Positions 1 to 10,800 of a stretch of DNA of 64,000 nucleotides are shown piece after piece (positions within the stretch are counted from its first letter, which is position 1; each line of letters opens with the position of its first letter). The notes below the pieces were generated by a model. The model saw only the letters and a list, made by a program, of their open reading frames with translations. It made no database searches and was not told the DNA's origin. The translations under genes and the position numbers were made by a program. The DNA comes from Clostridia bacterium. Its GTDB lineage: Bacteria > Bacillota > Clostridia > Oscillospirales > CAG-272. The stretch lies in contig JAFXHH010000021.1 in NCBI GenBank assembly GCA_017536475.1, forward strand, positions 4,431 through 68,430, read 5' to 3'.

Positions 1-3000
1 CGAAAAGGGCTTTCGCGGCAAGTCGTTGCCCATTTTAGCAAGCGGACTTTGCACGGGCGCGTCGGACGCGCTCACGGTCTGTCTTTGCGAGGACAGCGAG
101 GCGAGTCGGAAAACTCCCGTGCTTATCATCTGTCCCGAGGAAAAGGAGTGCCAAAGACTGCGCCGAGACCTCGAGCAGTTCGGACACCCCTCGGCGTTTT
201 TCGTCGCGCGTGACCTCACCTTTCATAACGTAACCGCCTCCCGTGAGTTTGAGCACGAGAGGCTAAAGGTGCTTTCGGGCATACTTTCGGGCGACTATGA
301 TTTCGTCCTGACCACACCCGACGTTGCACTTGGCTATACGATGCCACCGAGTGTTCTGCGCGAGAGCGTCATCAGAGTCGATTACGACACGAGAACCGAG
401 CCCGCAAGACTTGCCGAAAGGCTTGTCGCGGCAGGATTTTCTCGTGTTGATATGGTCGAGGGCGCGGGACAGTTCGCGCTCCGCGGCGGCATAGTTGACG
501 TCTACGCACCGAACGGAGAATTCAAGACTGCCGACGGCGACACAAGGCACGGCGCTTTCCCACTCCGAATAGAATTTTTCGACGACGAGATCGACCGAAT
601 GAGCATCTTCGATTCCGAAACGCAGAGATCGACCATCAACGTGCGCGAGGCGACCTTTACCCCCGCAAGAGAGCTGCTTATAACCGCCGAGGTGCGTGAC
701 CGACTTGAAAAGGCGATCCGCGCGCGCTTCCGCGAGTCGCACGACGAAAAGGTCTGTGAGACCCTGACACGAGAGATCGCGGCGCTTTCGGGCGAGCTTT
801 CGGAGGTCAGCTTCGTTGACAAATATATCTCGCTCGTCTACCCCGAAAAGTGCAGTCTGCTCGACTATTTCGACGAAAAAACGCTTGTCATCGTCCGTTC
901 CACCGCGGCGGTAAGCGACAGAATAAAGGCAGAGAAGTGGCACGAAAATGAAATGATCAAGGAGCTTGTCGCAGGCGGCACTCTCTCCCCGAAATATGCC
1001 GAATATTCAAAGCCTGAGGCGGCGCTTGAACTCTTCCTAGATGAAAACGTCACCGTTCACCTCAATTCGCTTTCGGGCGGACTTGGAGGCAAGCGGCTTG
1101 CGGGAATGTTCGGCTTCCGCACCCGTCAGCCCGTCGGATACACGGGAAATCTCGATCTGCTTTGCGAGGACCTCGTGACCTATCAGCACGGCGGCTATGC
1201 GGTGATAATCATGACCGAAAACGAGACCGCGGCGAAAAATCTCTCCGATATTTTGCGCGACGCGGATTTTACTCCCCTCGTCACCGCGGGAGAGAGCGCG
1301 GACGGCGAAAAATTCAACTCCAAACTCGTCTATATCACGTGGAAAAAGTCGCTTTCGGGCTATGAGCTCATCACCCCGAGGATCGCGGTCATCTCAACCG
1401 AGGGCGGTCGCTCGTCGGGCGGACTTCACGCCACGGGCAAGAGCCGCACAAGACGCAAAAAGCGTGACGACGCAAGGGCGATCTTGTCCTACGCCGAGCT
1501 TAACGAGGGCGATATCGTCGTCCACGAAATATACGGTGTCGGTCGCTATCTCGGACTTGAAAAGATCAAGATCGACGGTGTCACGAGAGACTACATCAGC
1601 ATACAGTACGCGGGTTCGGATAAGCTCTGTATGCCCGTTGAAAAGCTCGATCTCGTATCGAAATATATAGGCGCGCACTCGGACGACGGACTCGTCAAGC
1701 TCTCGAAAATGGGCGGCGAGCAGTGGAAAAAGACCACGGGCAGAGCCAAGAGCGCGGTGCGTGAGATGGCGAAGGATCTCATCAAGCTTTACGCCGAGCG
1801 AATGAGACGGCCGGGCTACGCATTTGACCCCGACGACGATATGCAAAGGAGCTTTGAGGAGTCGTTTGACTACGACGAGACCGACTGTCAGCTCGACGCG
1901 ATAGCGGAGGTCAAGCAGGATATGATGAGAAGCACTCCGATGGACCGACTCCTTTGCGGCGACGTTGGATTCGGTAAGACCGAGGTCGCGTTCCGCGCGG
2001 CGTATAAGGCGGTGCTTTCGGGTAAGCAGGTCGCGATACTCGTGCCCACAACGATCCTCGCGCTCCAGCATTTTCAGACCGCGCAGAGCCGAATGAGAAA
2101 TTTTGCGGTCAATATAGATATGATATCACGTTTCCGCACACCCAAGCAGGTCGAGCAGTCCTTGCGCCGACTTGAGCGCGGAGACACCGATATAATAATA
2201 GGAACTCACAAGCTGCTCGGAAAGGACGTAAAATTCCACGATCTTGGTCTGCTGATCGTCGACGAGGAGCAGAGATTCGGCGTGGCGCAAAAGGAGAAGC
2301 TCAAGCAGCTCGGCGGCAACGTCGACGTGCTGACGCTCTCGGCAACGCCGATCCCGAGAACGCTCAATATGGCGATGGGAGGAATCCGCGATATCTCGCT
2401 TCTCGACGAAGCACCCGACGACCGACTCCCCGTGCAGACCTACGTTCTTGAATACGACGACCTTATAATCTTCGAGGCGATCAGGCGTGAGCTTCGCCGC
2501 GGCGGACAGGTCTTTTATATCCATAATTTCGTCGAGTCGATCGATAATATAGCCGCGCATATCTCAAAGGAGATCCCCGAGGCGAGAGTCACGGTGGCGC
2601 ACGGAAAGATGGACAAGGACGAGCTTGAGGATATATGGAGCCGAATGCTCGCAGGCGAGATCGACGTGCTGGTCAGCACCACGATAATCGAAACGGGAAT
2701 CGATATCCCGAACGCGAATACGCTCATAGCCGACCGCGCCGACCGACTCGGACTCTCCCAGCTCCATCAGCTCAGAGGCCGTGTCGGACGCTCGTCGCGC
2801 CGCGCCTACGCCTACTTCACTTACCCGAAAAACAAGGGGCTCAGCGAGATCGCGCAGAAGCGACTCGAGGCGATCAAGGAGTATGCCGAGTTTGGCGCGG
2901 GCTTCAGAATCGCCTTGCGCGATATGGAGATCAGAGGTGCAGGTAACATTCTCGGAGCAGAACAGCACGGTCACCTTGAGGCGATCGGATACGACCTTTA

Positions 3001-3529
3001 TATCAAGCTCCTCAACGATGCTGTGCTTGAGGAAAAGGGAGAGAAGCCCAAGGAGCGAGAGGACTGCACGGTCAGCTTCGAGCACGACGCGTTCATTCCC
3101 GACAGCTACGTTCGCTACCCGGGGCAGAGAATGACTCTTTACAAGCGCATAGCATTGATCCGAAATCAGTACGATGCCGACGATATCGCCGACGAGCTGC
3201 TCGACCGCTTTGGCGAGCTGCCGAACTCGGTCGAAAACCTTTTGCGCGTGGCGCTTATCAGGTCGCAGGCGAGTGAACTCGGCATAAGACAAGTGACCGA
3301 GGTGCACGGGGAGGTCCGCTTCTATCAGAACGAGCTTGATATCCCGATGTGGCAGGAGATGTCGTTTATTATGGGCGGCAGAGTCCGCGTGATGATGGGC
3401 TCGGTCGGTGAGAGCTTCGTCACGCTCCGACTCAAGACGGGTGAAAATTCTCTCATCATAATTAACAGAATGTTTGAAAAATATCTTGAAACTGTACAAA
3501 ATGAGGATAAAAATTCCGAACAATTATGA
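1..3529 (+). CDS. mfd: Transcription-repair coupling factor Mfd; the reading frame stays open to base 2, so the true start is probably upstream of the window
   Basis: 1167-aa ORF with a CarD-like segment EGDIVVHEIYGVGRY. SF2 helicase motifs GDVGFGKTEVA, DEEQRFGV, LSATPIPRT and QLRGRVGRS are present, followed by a long TRCF-type C-terminus. Confidence 0.95.
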   Translation, partial: EKGFRGKSLPILASGLCTGASDALTVCLCEDSEASRKTPVLIICPEEKECQRLRRDLEQFGHPSAFFVARDLTFHNVTASREFEHERLKVLSGILSGDYDFVLTTPDVALGYTMPPSVLRESVIRVDYDTRTEPARLAERLVAAGFSRVDMVEGAGQFALRGGIVDVYAPNGEFKTADGDTRHGAFPLRIEFFDDEIDRMSIFDSETQRSTINVREATFTPARELLITAEVRDRLEKAIRARFRESHDEKVCETLTREIAALSGELSEVSFVDKYISLVYPEKCSLLDYFDEKTLVIVRSTAAVSDRIKAEKWHENEMIKELVAGGTLSPKYAEYSKPEAALELFLDENVTVHLNSLSGGLGGKRLAGMFGFRTRQPVGYTGNLDLLCEDLVTYQHGGYAVIIMTENETAAKNLSDILRDADFTPLVTAGESADGEKFNSKLVYITWKKSLSGYELITPRIAVISTEGGRSSGGLHATGKSRTRRKKRDDARAILSYAELNEGDIVVHEIYGVGRYLGLEKIKIDGVTRDYISIQYAGSDKLCMPVEKLDLVSKYIGAHSDDGLVKLSKMGGEQWKKTTGRAKSAVREMAKDLIKLYAERMRRPGYAFDPDDDMQRSFEESFDYDETDCQLDAIAEVKQDMMRSTPMDRLLCGDVGFGKTEVAFRAAYKAVLSGKQVAILVPTTILALQHFQTAQSRMRNFAVNIDMISRFRTPKQVEQSLRRLERGDTDIIIGTHKLLGKDVKFHDLGLLIVDEEQRFGVAQKEKLKQLGGNVDVLTLSATPIPRTLNMAMGGIRDISLLDEAPDDRLPVQTYVLEYDDLIIFEAIRRELRRGGQVFYIHNFVESIDNIAAHISKEIPEARVTVAHGKMDKDELEDIWSRMLAGEIDVLVSTTIIETGIDIPNANTLIADRADRLGLSQLHQLRGRVGRSSRRAYAYFTYPKNKGLSEIAQKRLEAIKEYAEFGAGFRIALRDMEIRGAGNILGAEQHGHLEAIGYDLYIKLLNDAVLEEKGEKPKEREDCTVSFEHDAFIPDSYVRYPGQRMTLYKRIALIRNQYDADDIADELLDRFGELPNSVENLLRVALIRSQASELGIRQVTEVHGEVRFYQNELDIPMWQEMSFIMGGRVRVMMGSVGESFVTLRLKTGENSLIIINRMFEKYLETVQNEDKNSEQL

Positions 3530-3627
3530 TGTATAATTATCAAAATGCAGATTTTTTGCTCGGAAACGCAAAAATTCGGCTAAAACCGAAAAAATTTCCA
3601 TATTTGCTTCAAAAAAGGAATAAATAA

Positions 3628-4920
3628 ATGAAAAAATCAGTTAAATTTATCGCTCTCGCTCTCGCTTTTTGTATGCTTGCGGTGTCGCTTTGCGCCTGCG
3701 CGGGAGGAGGCGAGATCATAATGACCTTCGCCGACAAGAGCTTGACGGTCAACACCTACGAGCTTATGCTCTCTCGAATGAAGGGCACGCTTGCGACCTA
3801 CGGTTACGACGTGGGCTCCGAGAGCTTTTGGAAAACGGTCATCTCGCCCGACGGCACGACCTATGACGACTATTTCAGCACGAGCGTTATGGAGCAGGCG
3901 AGCAGATATATCATCGCTGAGTATCTTTTTGACCGCTACGGACTCGTTCTGACCGAGGAGAGAGAGAAGCTCGTAGACGATCTTATGGCTCTGTGCGTCA
4001 AGCGCGCGGGCTCGAAGACCGCGCTCAACGCAGAGCTCAAGAGCTTTGGCGCGAACTACGATATTCTGCGCGACCTCTATCTGCTTGAAACGAAAATAGA
4101 TATGCTCAAGGATCATTTCTACGGCGAGGACGGCGAGCTGATCAGCGACGAGGTCAAGCAGGAGTATCTTGAAGAAAAATACGTCGCGTTCGGTCAGATC
4201 TATCTCGCGTCGTATTATTACCTGATAGACACCGACCGCTTTGGCGATCACGTCTATTATACCGACGATAAGCACAAGCATATCGCCTACGATAAGGAAA
4301 ACGGAAGCACGCAGACCGACGAGTACGGAAAGACTATCAAGGATATCTTCGGTGAGGACGAATATTTCACCGAGGACGGAAAGATAGCCTACGACAAAAA
4401 GAACGGAAAGATCGGATACCTGCTTGACGACAAGGGAGAATACGTTACCGAGCCCCACGACGACAAGACGCTTGGCGAGCTTTATAATAAAGCGCACGCT
4501 TATGCAAAGGCTTGTGACGGAGATATCGACAGCTTCCTTGAGCACGCGGAGATCTACGACGAGATGAGTGGCAAGGGAGATGCATTGTATCTCTATGCCG
4601 AGGAGCATTATTACGGCTTGCAGAGCGAAGCCTACGAGTATCTTGACGATATCACCAAGGCGCTTGGAGATATGGAGGTCGGAGAGTGCAAGGTCATTGA
4701 ATCCGACTACGGATATCACGTTATCTGCAAATACGAGATGCCCGAAAAGGCTTACGAGGACGAGGATCAAAAGGACGTTTTCGAGGGCTTTATAGAGGAT
4801 CTCATCGCCGATCTGTTCGCCGACGAGTGCGCGAAGTACGAGTCGCAGATCACGATAGTGCCCGAGGCTTACGAGTCTGCTCGCAAGATGAGCGAGGTCG
4901 GTTCTAATAAGCTCTATTGA
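3628..4920 (+). CDS. Secreted lipoprotein, PrsA/SurA-like foldase with a degenerate parvulin-type C-terminus
   Basis: The N-terminus MKKSVKFIALALAFCMLAVSLCAC has a signal peptide and lipobox-like Cys. The C-terminus GECKVIESDYGYHVICKY resembles the end of a parvulin PPIase domain. An mfd-adjacent position is typical for prsA-like genes in Firmicutes. Confidence 0.55.
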   Translation: MKKSVKFIALALAFCMLAVSLCACAGGGEIIMTFADKSLTVNTYELMLSRMKGTLATYGYDVGSESFWKTVISPDGTTYDDYFSTSVMEQASRYIIAEYLFDRYGLVLTEEREKLVDDLMALCVKRAGSKTALNAELKSFGANYDILRDLYLLETKIDMLKDHFYGEDGELISDEVKQEYLEEKYVAFGQIYLASYYYLIDTDRFGDHVYYTDDKHKHIAYDKENGSTQTDEYGKTIKDIFGEDEYFTEDGKIAYDKKNGKIGYLLDDKGEYVTEPHDDKTLGELYNKAHAYAKACDGDIDSFLEHAEIYDEMSGKGDALYLYAEEHYYGLQSEAYEYLDDITKALGDMEVGECKVIESDYGYHVICKYEMPEKAYEDEDQKDVFEGFIEDLIADLFADECAKYESQITIVPEAYESARKMSEVGSNKLY

Positions 4921-4948
4921 TAAATCACTGACTGTAAAGGATCAACCG

Positions 4949-6274
4949 ATGAAAAATAAACCTATAAATCTTTTGAAAAAAGCTCTCGCGCTTACCATCG
5001 CGCTCTGTGCGCTGGTCACGCTCTGCGCTTCCTGCTCAGGAAAGAAGGACGTGCCCGATCCCGTGCTTGAATGCGGAGAGGAAAAGCTGCCCCTTTATTT
5101 CTATGAATTTATGCTGTCGCGAATGAAGGGAAGCCTTGCGAGAAATAAATATCCCGTAAAGGATGGCTCATTCTGGGCCACTGAGGTGGAAAAGACGGGA
5201 CAGACCTACGAGGAATACTATAACGAGTCGATATTTGAGAGCTGTAAGAAATATTTAGCCTCTGCAGTGCTTTTTGATGAAATGGGATTGACTCTTCCTG
5301 CGGCGGCGATCGAGGCGATCGATGAGGAAGTCGCGTTCTACGTTGACTACGACGGAGACGGAGATCAGAGTAAATTCGATAAGCTGATCGCGCCATACGG
5401 AGTCGATACCGATACTCTGCGTGAGTGTTATATCATCGAGAAGAAGTACGAGTATTTGCTTGCCCACCTTTTCGGCGGCGGAGAGATGATAGCGGACTCG
5501 GTAAGAGAAGAATATTATCAGGAAAATTACTATTGCTTCAAGCAGGTGCTTTTAGCCAAGTTTTACTATAAGTATCAGCACGATGAATACGGCAATATGA
5601 TCTATTTCGACGCTAAAACGAAAAAGCCCCTATACGACACAGAGAAGGGAAGTTACGCGTACGATAAGGACGGTGCGAGGATAAAGGATACCTTTGGTCA
5701 GCCGATGTACTTTGATGCAGAGGGCAATGTGGTTTACGATAAGGAAAACGGCGTGCCGAGGGTCGTGCTGGACGAAAACGGTAATCCGATACAGTACGAG
5801 TGCACCGCCGAGGAGATCGCCGCGAATAAAAGTCTTGCAGAGGAGCTTGCGGCGACCTTGACCGAGGGCAATTTCTCGGAGTTTGAGGCAGAGATCAAGG
5901 AAAACGTGCTCGTAGTCGGCTCTGTCGACGAATATGACGACGGATATTATCTGAGCGAGATCGAGAGCGCGGCATACGTGGGAGACGTTAAGTATCTTGC
6001 GGATATCCTTGATATGCTTAAGAAAATGAAGGTCGGAGAGATCGGATATTACGAGAGCGACGCGGGATTCCACGTTATTATGAAATATGGCCTTGAAGAA
6101 GGTAAATATACCGAAGAGGGATACGAGAGCTGGTTCTCGTCACTTGACGCACATATTATAAACGATCTTTTTAACATAAAGATCGCTGACGCACTGTCGA
6201 AGATCAAGATCAACGAGGAAAATCTAGCTAAGGCGAGATCGATAGCCGATCTTGGAATTAATTACGATTATTAA
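4949..6274 (+). CDS. Second PrsA/SurA-like lipoprotein, tandem paralogue of the preceding gene
   Basis: Signal peptide with lipobox (LCASC). It shares blocks with the upstream ORF (YEFMLSRMKGSLA vs YELMLSRMKGTLA) and has the C-terminus GEIGYYESDAGFHVIMKY. Confidence 0.55.
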   Translation: MKNKPINLLKKALALTIALCALVTLCASCSGKKDVPDPVLECGEEKLPLYFYEFMLSRMKGSLARNKYPVKDGSFWATEVEKTGQTYEEYYNESIFESCKKYLASAVLFDEMGLTLPAAAIEAIDEEVAFYVDYDGDGDQSKFDKLIAPYGVDTDTLRECYIIEKKYEYLLAHLFGGGEMIADSVREEYYQENYYCFKQVLLAKFYYKYQHDEYGNMIYFDAKTKKPLYDTEKGSYAYDKDGARIKDTFGQPMYFDAEGNVVYDKENGVPRVVLDENGNPIQYECTAEEIAANKSLAEELAATLTEGNFSEFEAEIKENVLVVGSVDEYDDGYYLSEIESAAYVGDVKYLADILDMLKKMKVGEIGYYESDAGFHVIMKYGLEEGKYTEEGYESWFSSLDAHIINDLFNIKIADALSKIKINEENLAKARSIADLGINYDY

Positions 6275-6287
6275 TGATCGAAAAATC

Positions 6288-6319
6288 AAACGCGGAGAAG
6301 TTTCATTCTCCGCGTTTTT
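6288..6319 (+). terminator. Rho-independent terminator after the PrsA-like pair
   Basis: Hairpin aaacgcggagaa/ttctccgcgttt followed by a T-run. Confidence 0.75.
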
Positions 6320-6441
6320 CTGCGCTTGTATAGGAATTTGTCGAAAAAAGCTTCCAAGATTTTGAAAAATTCTGTTGACGGAAGGCGTGGGGTATGATAT
6401 AATTATAATGAATTATTGTTTGGTTGTTATTGAGGTATCCT

Positions 6442-7188
6442 ATGACTTACAATGAATTTTTGAAGGCGGCGGCGAAAACTCCGTTAGGTAAAGCCGTTCT
6501 CGCCGTGAAAAAGGAAATAAAAAGCGACGTTGCCGCGATCAAGCAAAGAGACCCCGCGGCAAAGAGCGACGCAGAGATAGTTCTGCTATATTCGGGACTC
6601 CACGCTATCTTAGCGTACAGAGTTTCGCATAAGCTTTATATCAGCGGTCATACCTTTTCGGCGCGCGCGCTGAGTCAGGCTGCAAAATTCCTTACGGGTA
6701 TAGAGATACACCCCGGTGCAACGATAGGAAAAGGACTCGTGATAGATCACGGCATGGGAGTGGTTATCGGCGAGACCGCCGAGATCGGCGACAACTGCAC
6801 GCTATATCAAGGAGTAACTCTTGGCGGTACGGGTAAGGATCTCGGCAAGCGCCATCCTACTCTCGGAAACAACGTGCTCGTAGGTGCGGGAGCAAAGGTG
6901 CTCGGACCTATAAAAATAGAGGATAACAGCAAGGTAGCGGCAAACGCCGTGGTATTAAAAGACATTTCAAGCAACAGCACCGCAGTCGGAATTCCCGCCA
7001 AGGTCGTAAGACAGGCAGGCAGGCGCGTGGACGACCTCGATCAGATTCACATTCCCGACCCCGTCTCGCAGGAGATCGCAAGGCTCGAGGAGAGGCTTGA
7101 GGCGCTTTCTCTTTCCCTTGAGGAGCTGAAGGCGGCAAAGGGCAGAAGAACCAAGAAAAAGCAGGAAAATCAAAACGAAACGGAATAA
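6442..7188 (+). CDS. cysE: Serine O-acetyltransferase with a roughly 40-aa charged coiled-coil C-terminal tail
   Basis: Contains RDPAAKSDAEIVLLYSGLHAILAYRVSH and the hexapeptide-repeat core GIEIHPGATIGKGLVIDHGMGVVIGETAEIGDNCTLYQGVTLGG. The ATG at 6442 follows a GAGGT RBS. Confidence 0.9.
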   Translation: MTYNEFLKAAAKTPLGKAVLAVKKEIKSDVAAIKQRDPAAKSDAEIVLLYSGLHAILAYRVSHKLYISGHTFSARALSQAAKFLTGIEIHPGATIGKGLVIDHGMGVVIGETAEIGDNCTLYQGVTLGGTGKDLGKRHPTLGNNVLVGAGAKVLGPIKIEDNSKVAANAVVLKDISSNSTAVGIPAKVVRQAGRRVDDLDQIHIPDPVSQEIARLEERLEALSLSLEELKAAKGRRTKKKQENQNETE

Positions 7189-7198
7189 AAGGTGCGCG

Positions 7199-8065
7199 AT
7201 GAATTACATTTTGTACAATCCCAAAGCAAACAACGAGAATAACGACCTCAATATAGTCCCCGGAGCCGAGGAGCTTGAAAAAAGAGGAGTAAAGAAGGTC
7301 AGCCTTATTGGTCTTGACGTTCCCGCGTTCTGTCAAAGTCTTTCGGCAGACGACAGAGTATTGATCTGCGGCGGAGACGGAACCCTACACCATTTTGCAA
7401 ACAACGCATACGGGCTCGAATTTCCTTGCACGGTCTGCGCGCTTCGCTCGGGCACGGGCAACGATTTTCTGAACGATATAGGTCAACAGGGAAGCGAAAA
7501 TCTCATCGATATCCGCGAGCATCTCAAAAATCTGCCCGAGGTCGATATCAAGGGAGAAAAGAGACGTTGTATTAACGGAGTCGGACTCGGAGTCGACGGT
7601 GCGGTATGCCGCGGTGTTGAGGAATTTAAAGCAAAGACGAACAAAAAGAAAGCAAATTATACCACGATCGCACTCGATCAGCTGCTTCGTAAGTACAAGC
7701 GCCCGACGGGCAGAGTGACCGTGGACGGAGTAACGCACGAATATACTGACCTTTGGGCGATCTCGACCATGAAGGGTAAATATTTCGGCGGCGGAATGAT
7801 GATCGCTCCCGGACAGATTAGAGAAAGCGGCAAGGTCAGCGTAATGGCTATGCACGGCGGCTCGAAGCCCAAAACTCTCGCCGTATTTCTCAAGGTGTTC
7901 AAGGGTACGCACGTAAAGCACACCGAAATGGTGGATATATTCGAGGGCTACGACGTGACCGTTGAGTTCGACGAGCCGCGCGATCTTCAGATAGACGGCG
8001 AGGTCTACACCGACGTCTCCACCTATACGGTTCGTTGTCCCAGACCCGAAAACACCGAAGAATAA
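7199..8065 (+). CDS. Diacylglycerol/lipid kinase family protein (DAGK catalytic domain)
   Basis: Has the LICGGDGTLHHF nucleotide-binding motif and a size of 288 aa typical of YegS/DagK-like kinases. Confidence 0.75.
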   Translation: MNYILYNPKANNENNDLNIVPGAEELEKRGVKKVSLIGLDVPAFCQSLSADDRVLICGGDGTLHHFANNAYGLEFPCTVCALRSGTGNDFLNDIGQQGSENLIDIREHLKNLPEVDIKGEKRRCINGVGLGVDGAVCRGVEEFKAKTNKKKANYTTIALDQLLRKYKRPTGRVTVDGVTHEYTDLWAISTMKGKYFGGGMMIAPGQIRESGKVSVMAMHGGSKPKTLAVFLKVFKGTHVKHTEMVDIFEGYDVTVEFDEPRDLQIDGEVYTDVSTYTVRCPRPENTEE

Positions 8066-8092
8066 CCCCAAAGCTTTAAAAGAGAATAGATT

Positions 8093-8920
8093 ATGAAAAA
8101 AGATATGACCCTTGACGATATCACCGACAACGCGGCAGAAAATACCGCCGCGGAGACAGTCATCTCAAGTGACGACGCGGTGTTTATCGCGATCGAAATG
8201 GGTAAACGTATATTGACGTGCGGCGGCGAGGTCCACAGAGCAGAGGAGACCATCAGTCGCATCTGCACTGCGTACGGCGCGGTGACGGTCGACGTCGATG
8301 CGATACTTTCAATGATAATACTTACTGCCGATTTCGGAAACGGAGATATGACATCGTTCCGCCGAGTGTCCGACGTTGGAGTGAATAATCTTGGCAGGCT
8401 TGCAAAGCTCAATGCGCTCTCACGACGCATCTGCGCGGTCAAGCCGAGCAAGGAGGAGTTTCTCACCCTGCTTGACGAGGCAGAGCGATCGAGCAGTATC
8501 GGCGCGGTCAAGAAGCTCATCGGTGCGGCACTGATCTCGTTCGGATTTGCGTGGTATTTTGGCGGCAGTCTGCTCGACGCGGCTCTCTCGGCGCTTATCG
8601 CGGTCCCGATGTGGCTCGTGCTCAATCTCTTGAGCCGATCGAATATGAACGCAATAGTGGCTAAATTCGCCGTCTGCTTTATGGGCGGAGTCGGAGCGCT
8701 GCTGATCGGACGGACAGGCATTAACTGTAATCTTAATATGATAATGATAGGCGACATAATGAACGTGGTGCCTGGCGTGGTGCTGACCAACTCTCTGCGC
8801 GACCTTTTCGGCGGAGATATAATGTCGGGCTTATTCCGACTATGCACGGCTTTGCTTGACGCGGTCGCGATAGCCTGCGGATACGCGGTGGCAATACTTG
8901 TATTTGGAGGCGCGGTATGA
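8093..8920 (+). CDS. Threonine/serine exporter family protein, ThrE N-terminal-type subunit
   Basis: Contains GKRILTCGGEVHRAEETISRICTAYG followed by multiple TM helices. It overlaps the next ORF by 4 nt. Confidence 0.75.
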   Translation: MKKDMTLDDITDNAAENTAAETVISSDDAVFIAIEMGKRILTCGGEVHRAEETISRICTAYGAVTVDVDAILSMIILTADFGNGDMTSFRRVSDVGVNNLGRLAKLNALSRRICAVKPSKEEFLTLLDEAERSSSIGAVKKLIGAALISFGFAWYFGGSLLDAALSALIAVPMWLVLNLLSRSNMNAIVAKFAVCFMGGVGALLIGRTGINCNLNMIMIGDIMNVVPGVVLTNSLRDLFGGDIMSGLFRLCTALLDAVAIACGYAVAILVFGGAV

Positions 8921-9396
8921 TAACTGAAGAGATCATAAAAGGTGCTCTGATGATGATCGCGGCAATGATCGGAACGCTCGGAGTTGCCTTTGCCTTCAAC
9001 GTTGAAAAAAGAGTTCTCGGCTGGGTCTTGCTCGCGTCGTTTCTTTGTTGCGTGGCGTACGATACGACCACGGCACTTGGCGGCGGCTTGTTCGTAGCCT
9101 CGGTCATCGGCTCAAGCGTAACGACGCTTTATTCATACGTGATGGCGCGTATTATTAAAACGCCCGTTACGGTAATGATAATCCCGGGAATTATAATTCT
9201 CGTGCCCGGAGGTAAGCTTTACTACACGATGCTCGGTGCGGTCAGCTCGGATATGGCGATGTTTTCGCAGTACGGCAAGGAGGCTCTGCTCGTAGCTTCG
9301 GGACTCGCGCTCGGTATAATTGCCGTGACTGCGATATCAAGACCGATAAACGCTTTGCTCAATCGAATGTTGAGAGAAAATCAGAACAAAATATAA
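8917..9396 (+). CDS. Threonine/serine exporter family protein, small membrane subunit (ThrE_2-type)
   Basis: 159-aa protein with 4-5 TM helices, translationally coupled to the preceding ThrE-type gene. Confidence 0.7.
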   Translation: MITEEIIKGALMMIAAMIGTLGVAFAFNVEKRVLGWVLLASFLCCVAYDTTTALGGGLFVASVIGSSVTTLYSYVMARIIKTPVTVMIIPGIIILVPGGKLYYTMLGAVSSDMAMFSQYGKEALLVASGLALGIIAVTAISRPINALLNRMLRENQNKI

Positions 9397-9414
9397 AATA
9401 CAGGAGATAAAAAC

Positions 9415-10656
9415 ATGGAACTTTTACACGGAAATGCGATAGTGGGTCAGTCGGGCGGTCCGACTACGGCGATAAACGCCACGCTTGCGGGAGTTATCAG
9501 CGGAGCGATGAACGCGGATTGCATCGATAAGGTCTACGGAATGAGAAACGGTATCGACGGTCTGCTTGCGGACAGAGTCGTTCTCCTCAACGAGCTCTTC
9601 ACCGAAAGAGCAGATTTTGAACGCCTTAAGCGTACACCTGCGGCGGCTCTCGGCTCTTGTCGCAAAAAGCTTCCCAAGGAAGAGGACAAGGACTACGAGG
9701 CGACCTTCGAGCGCATTATTGAGATATTCAAAAAATACGATATCAGATATTTCTTCTACATAGGCGGCAACGATTCGATGGACACCGTCGCAAAGCTCTC
9801 GAAATATACGACTGAGTGCGGCTATGAGGTTAGAGTCATCGGCGTGCCCAAAACTATCGATAACGACCTGCTCGGAACCGACCACACCCCCGGCTTTGGC
9901 TCGGCGGCTAAATATATTTCGGTCACGATGCAGGAGCTTTTGCGCGATACCGCCGTATACACCGTCAAGGCGGTCACGGTGGTAGAGATCATGGGACGTG
10001 ACGCGGGCTGGCTCACCGCTTCGAGCGAGCTTGGAAGAGTGCTCGGTCTGCCTTCTCCCGATCTCGTTTATCTCCCCGAAAGAGACTTCAATATGGATGA
10101 ATTTTTCGAGGATCTCTCCGCGGCGCTTGAGAAAAAGCCGAATATCGTCGTGGCAGTTTCCGAAGGATTGCGAATGGCTGACGGAACCTTTGTCGGCGAG
10201 TCCGCACAGAGTGGCGCAGTCGATGCGTTCGGTCACAAATACCTTTCGGGTACGGGTAAAGCGCTCGAGCTTGCTATCAAGGAAAAACTCGGCTGCAAGG
10301 TGCGCTCGATAGAGCTTAACCTCTCCCAGAGATGTGCGGCTCATATCGCCTCCAAGTGCGATATCGAGGAGTCCTTCGGTGTCGGTTCTGCCGCAGTCAG
10401 CGCGGCAGTGCAGGGAGTCAGCCGCGAGATGATGGTCATTCTCCGTGACAACGACCCCGGTGAGCCTTATTCGTCGGTCTACGGACATATGGACATCGAC
10501 CTGATCGCAAACAAGACAAAATTCGTTCCCAAGCACTTTATCAACGAGCGCGGAAATCACGTCACCGACGAGTGCCTCAACTACATCCTTCCGCTTATCA
10601 AGGGTGAGTGCTATCCCGAATACAAGGACGGTCTTCCCGTTTTTGCCACGATCTGA
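9415..10656 (+). CDS. pfp: Phosphofructokinase with a pyrophosphate-dependent signature (diphosphate--fructose-6-phosphate 1-phosphotransferase)
   Basis: Contains GGPTTAINATLAG, IGGNDSMDT and GVPKTIDNDL. Asp sits at the position of E. coli PfkA Gly104 and Lys at Gly124, the classical PPi-type discriminators. Confidence 0.8.
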   Translation: MELLHGNAIVGQSGGPTTAINATLAGVISGAMNADCIDKVYGMRNGIDGLLADRVVLLNELFTERADFERLKRTPAAALGSCRKKLPKEEDKDYEATFERIIEIFKKYDIRYFFYIGGNDSMDTVAKLSKYTTECGYEVRVIGVPKTIDNDLLGTDHTPGFGSAAKYISVTMQELLRDTAVYTVKAVTVVEIMGRDAGWLTASSELGRVLGLPSPDLVYLPERDFNMDEFFEDLSAALEKKPNIVVAVSEGLRMADGTFVGESAQSGAVDAFGHKYLSGTGKALELAIKEKLGCKVRSIELNLSQRCAAHIASKCDIEESFGVGSAAVSAAVQGVSREMMVILRDNDPGEPYSSVYGHMDIDLIANKTKFVPKHFINERGNHVTDECLNYILPLIKGECYPEYKDGLPVFATI

Positions 10657-10800
10657 TAAATCACCATTTTCCCTTTTAATATAAGGACTTTCGAGCCCTC
10701 CGATTTTTTTCGTTCGGGGGGCTCTTTTTATTTCATTTTTTGTGGTACAATAGATGCGAAGGGAGACGCGCCAAGGGAACTTTTGAAAAAGTTCCCTTGG

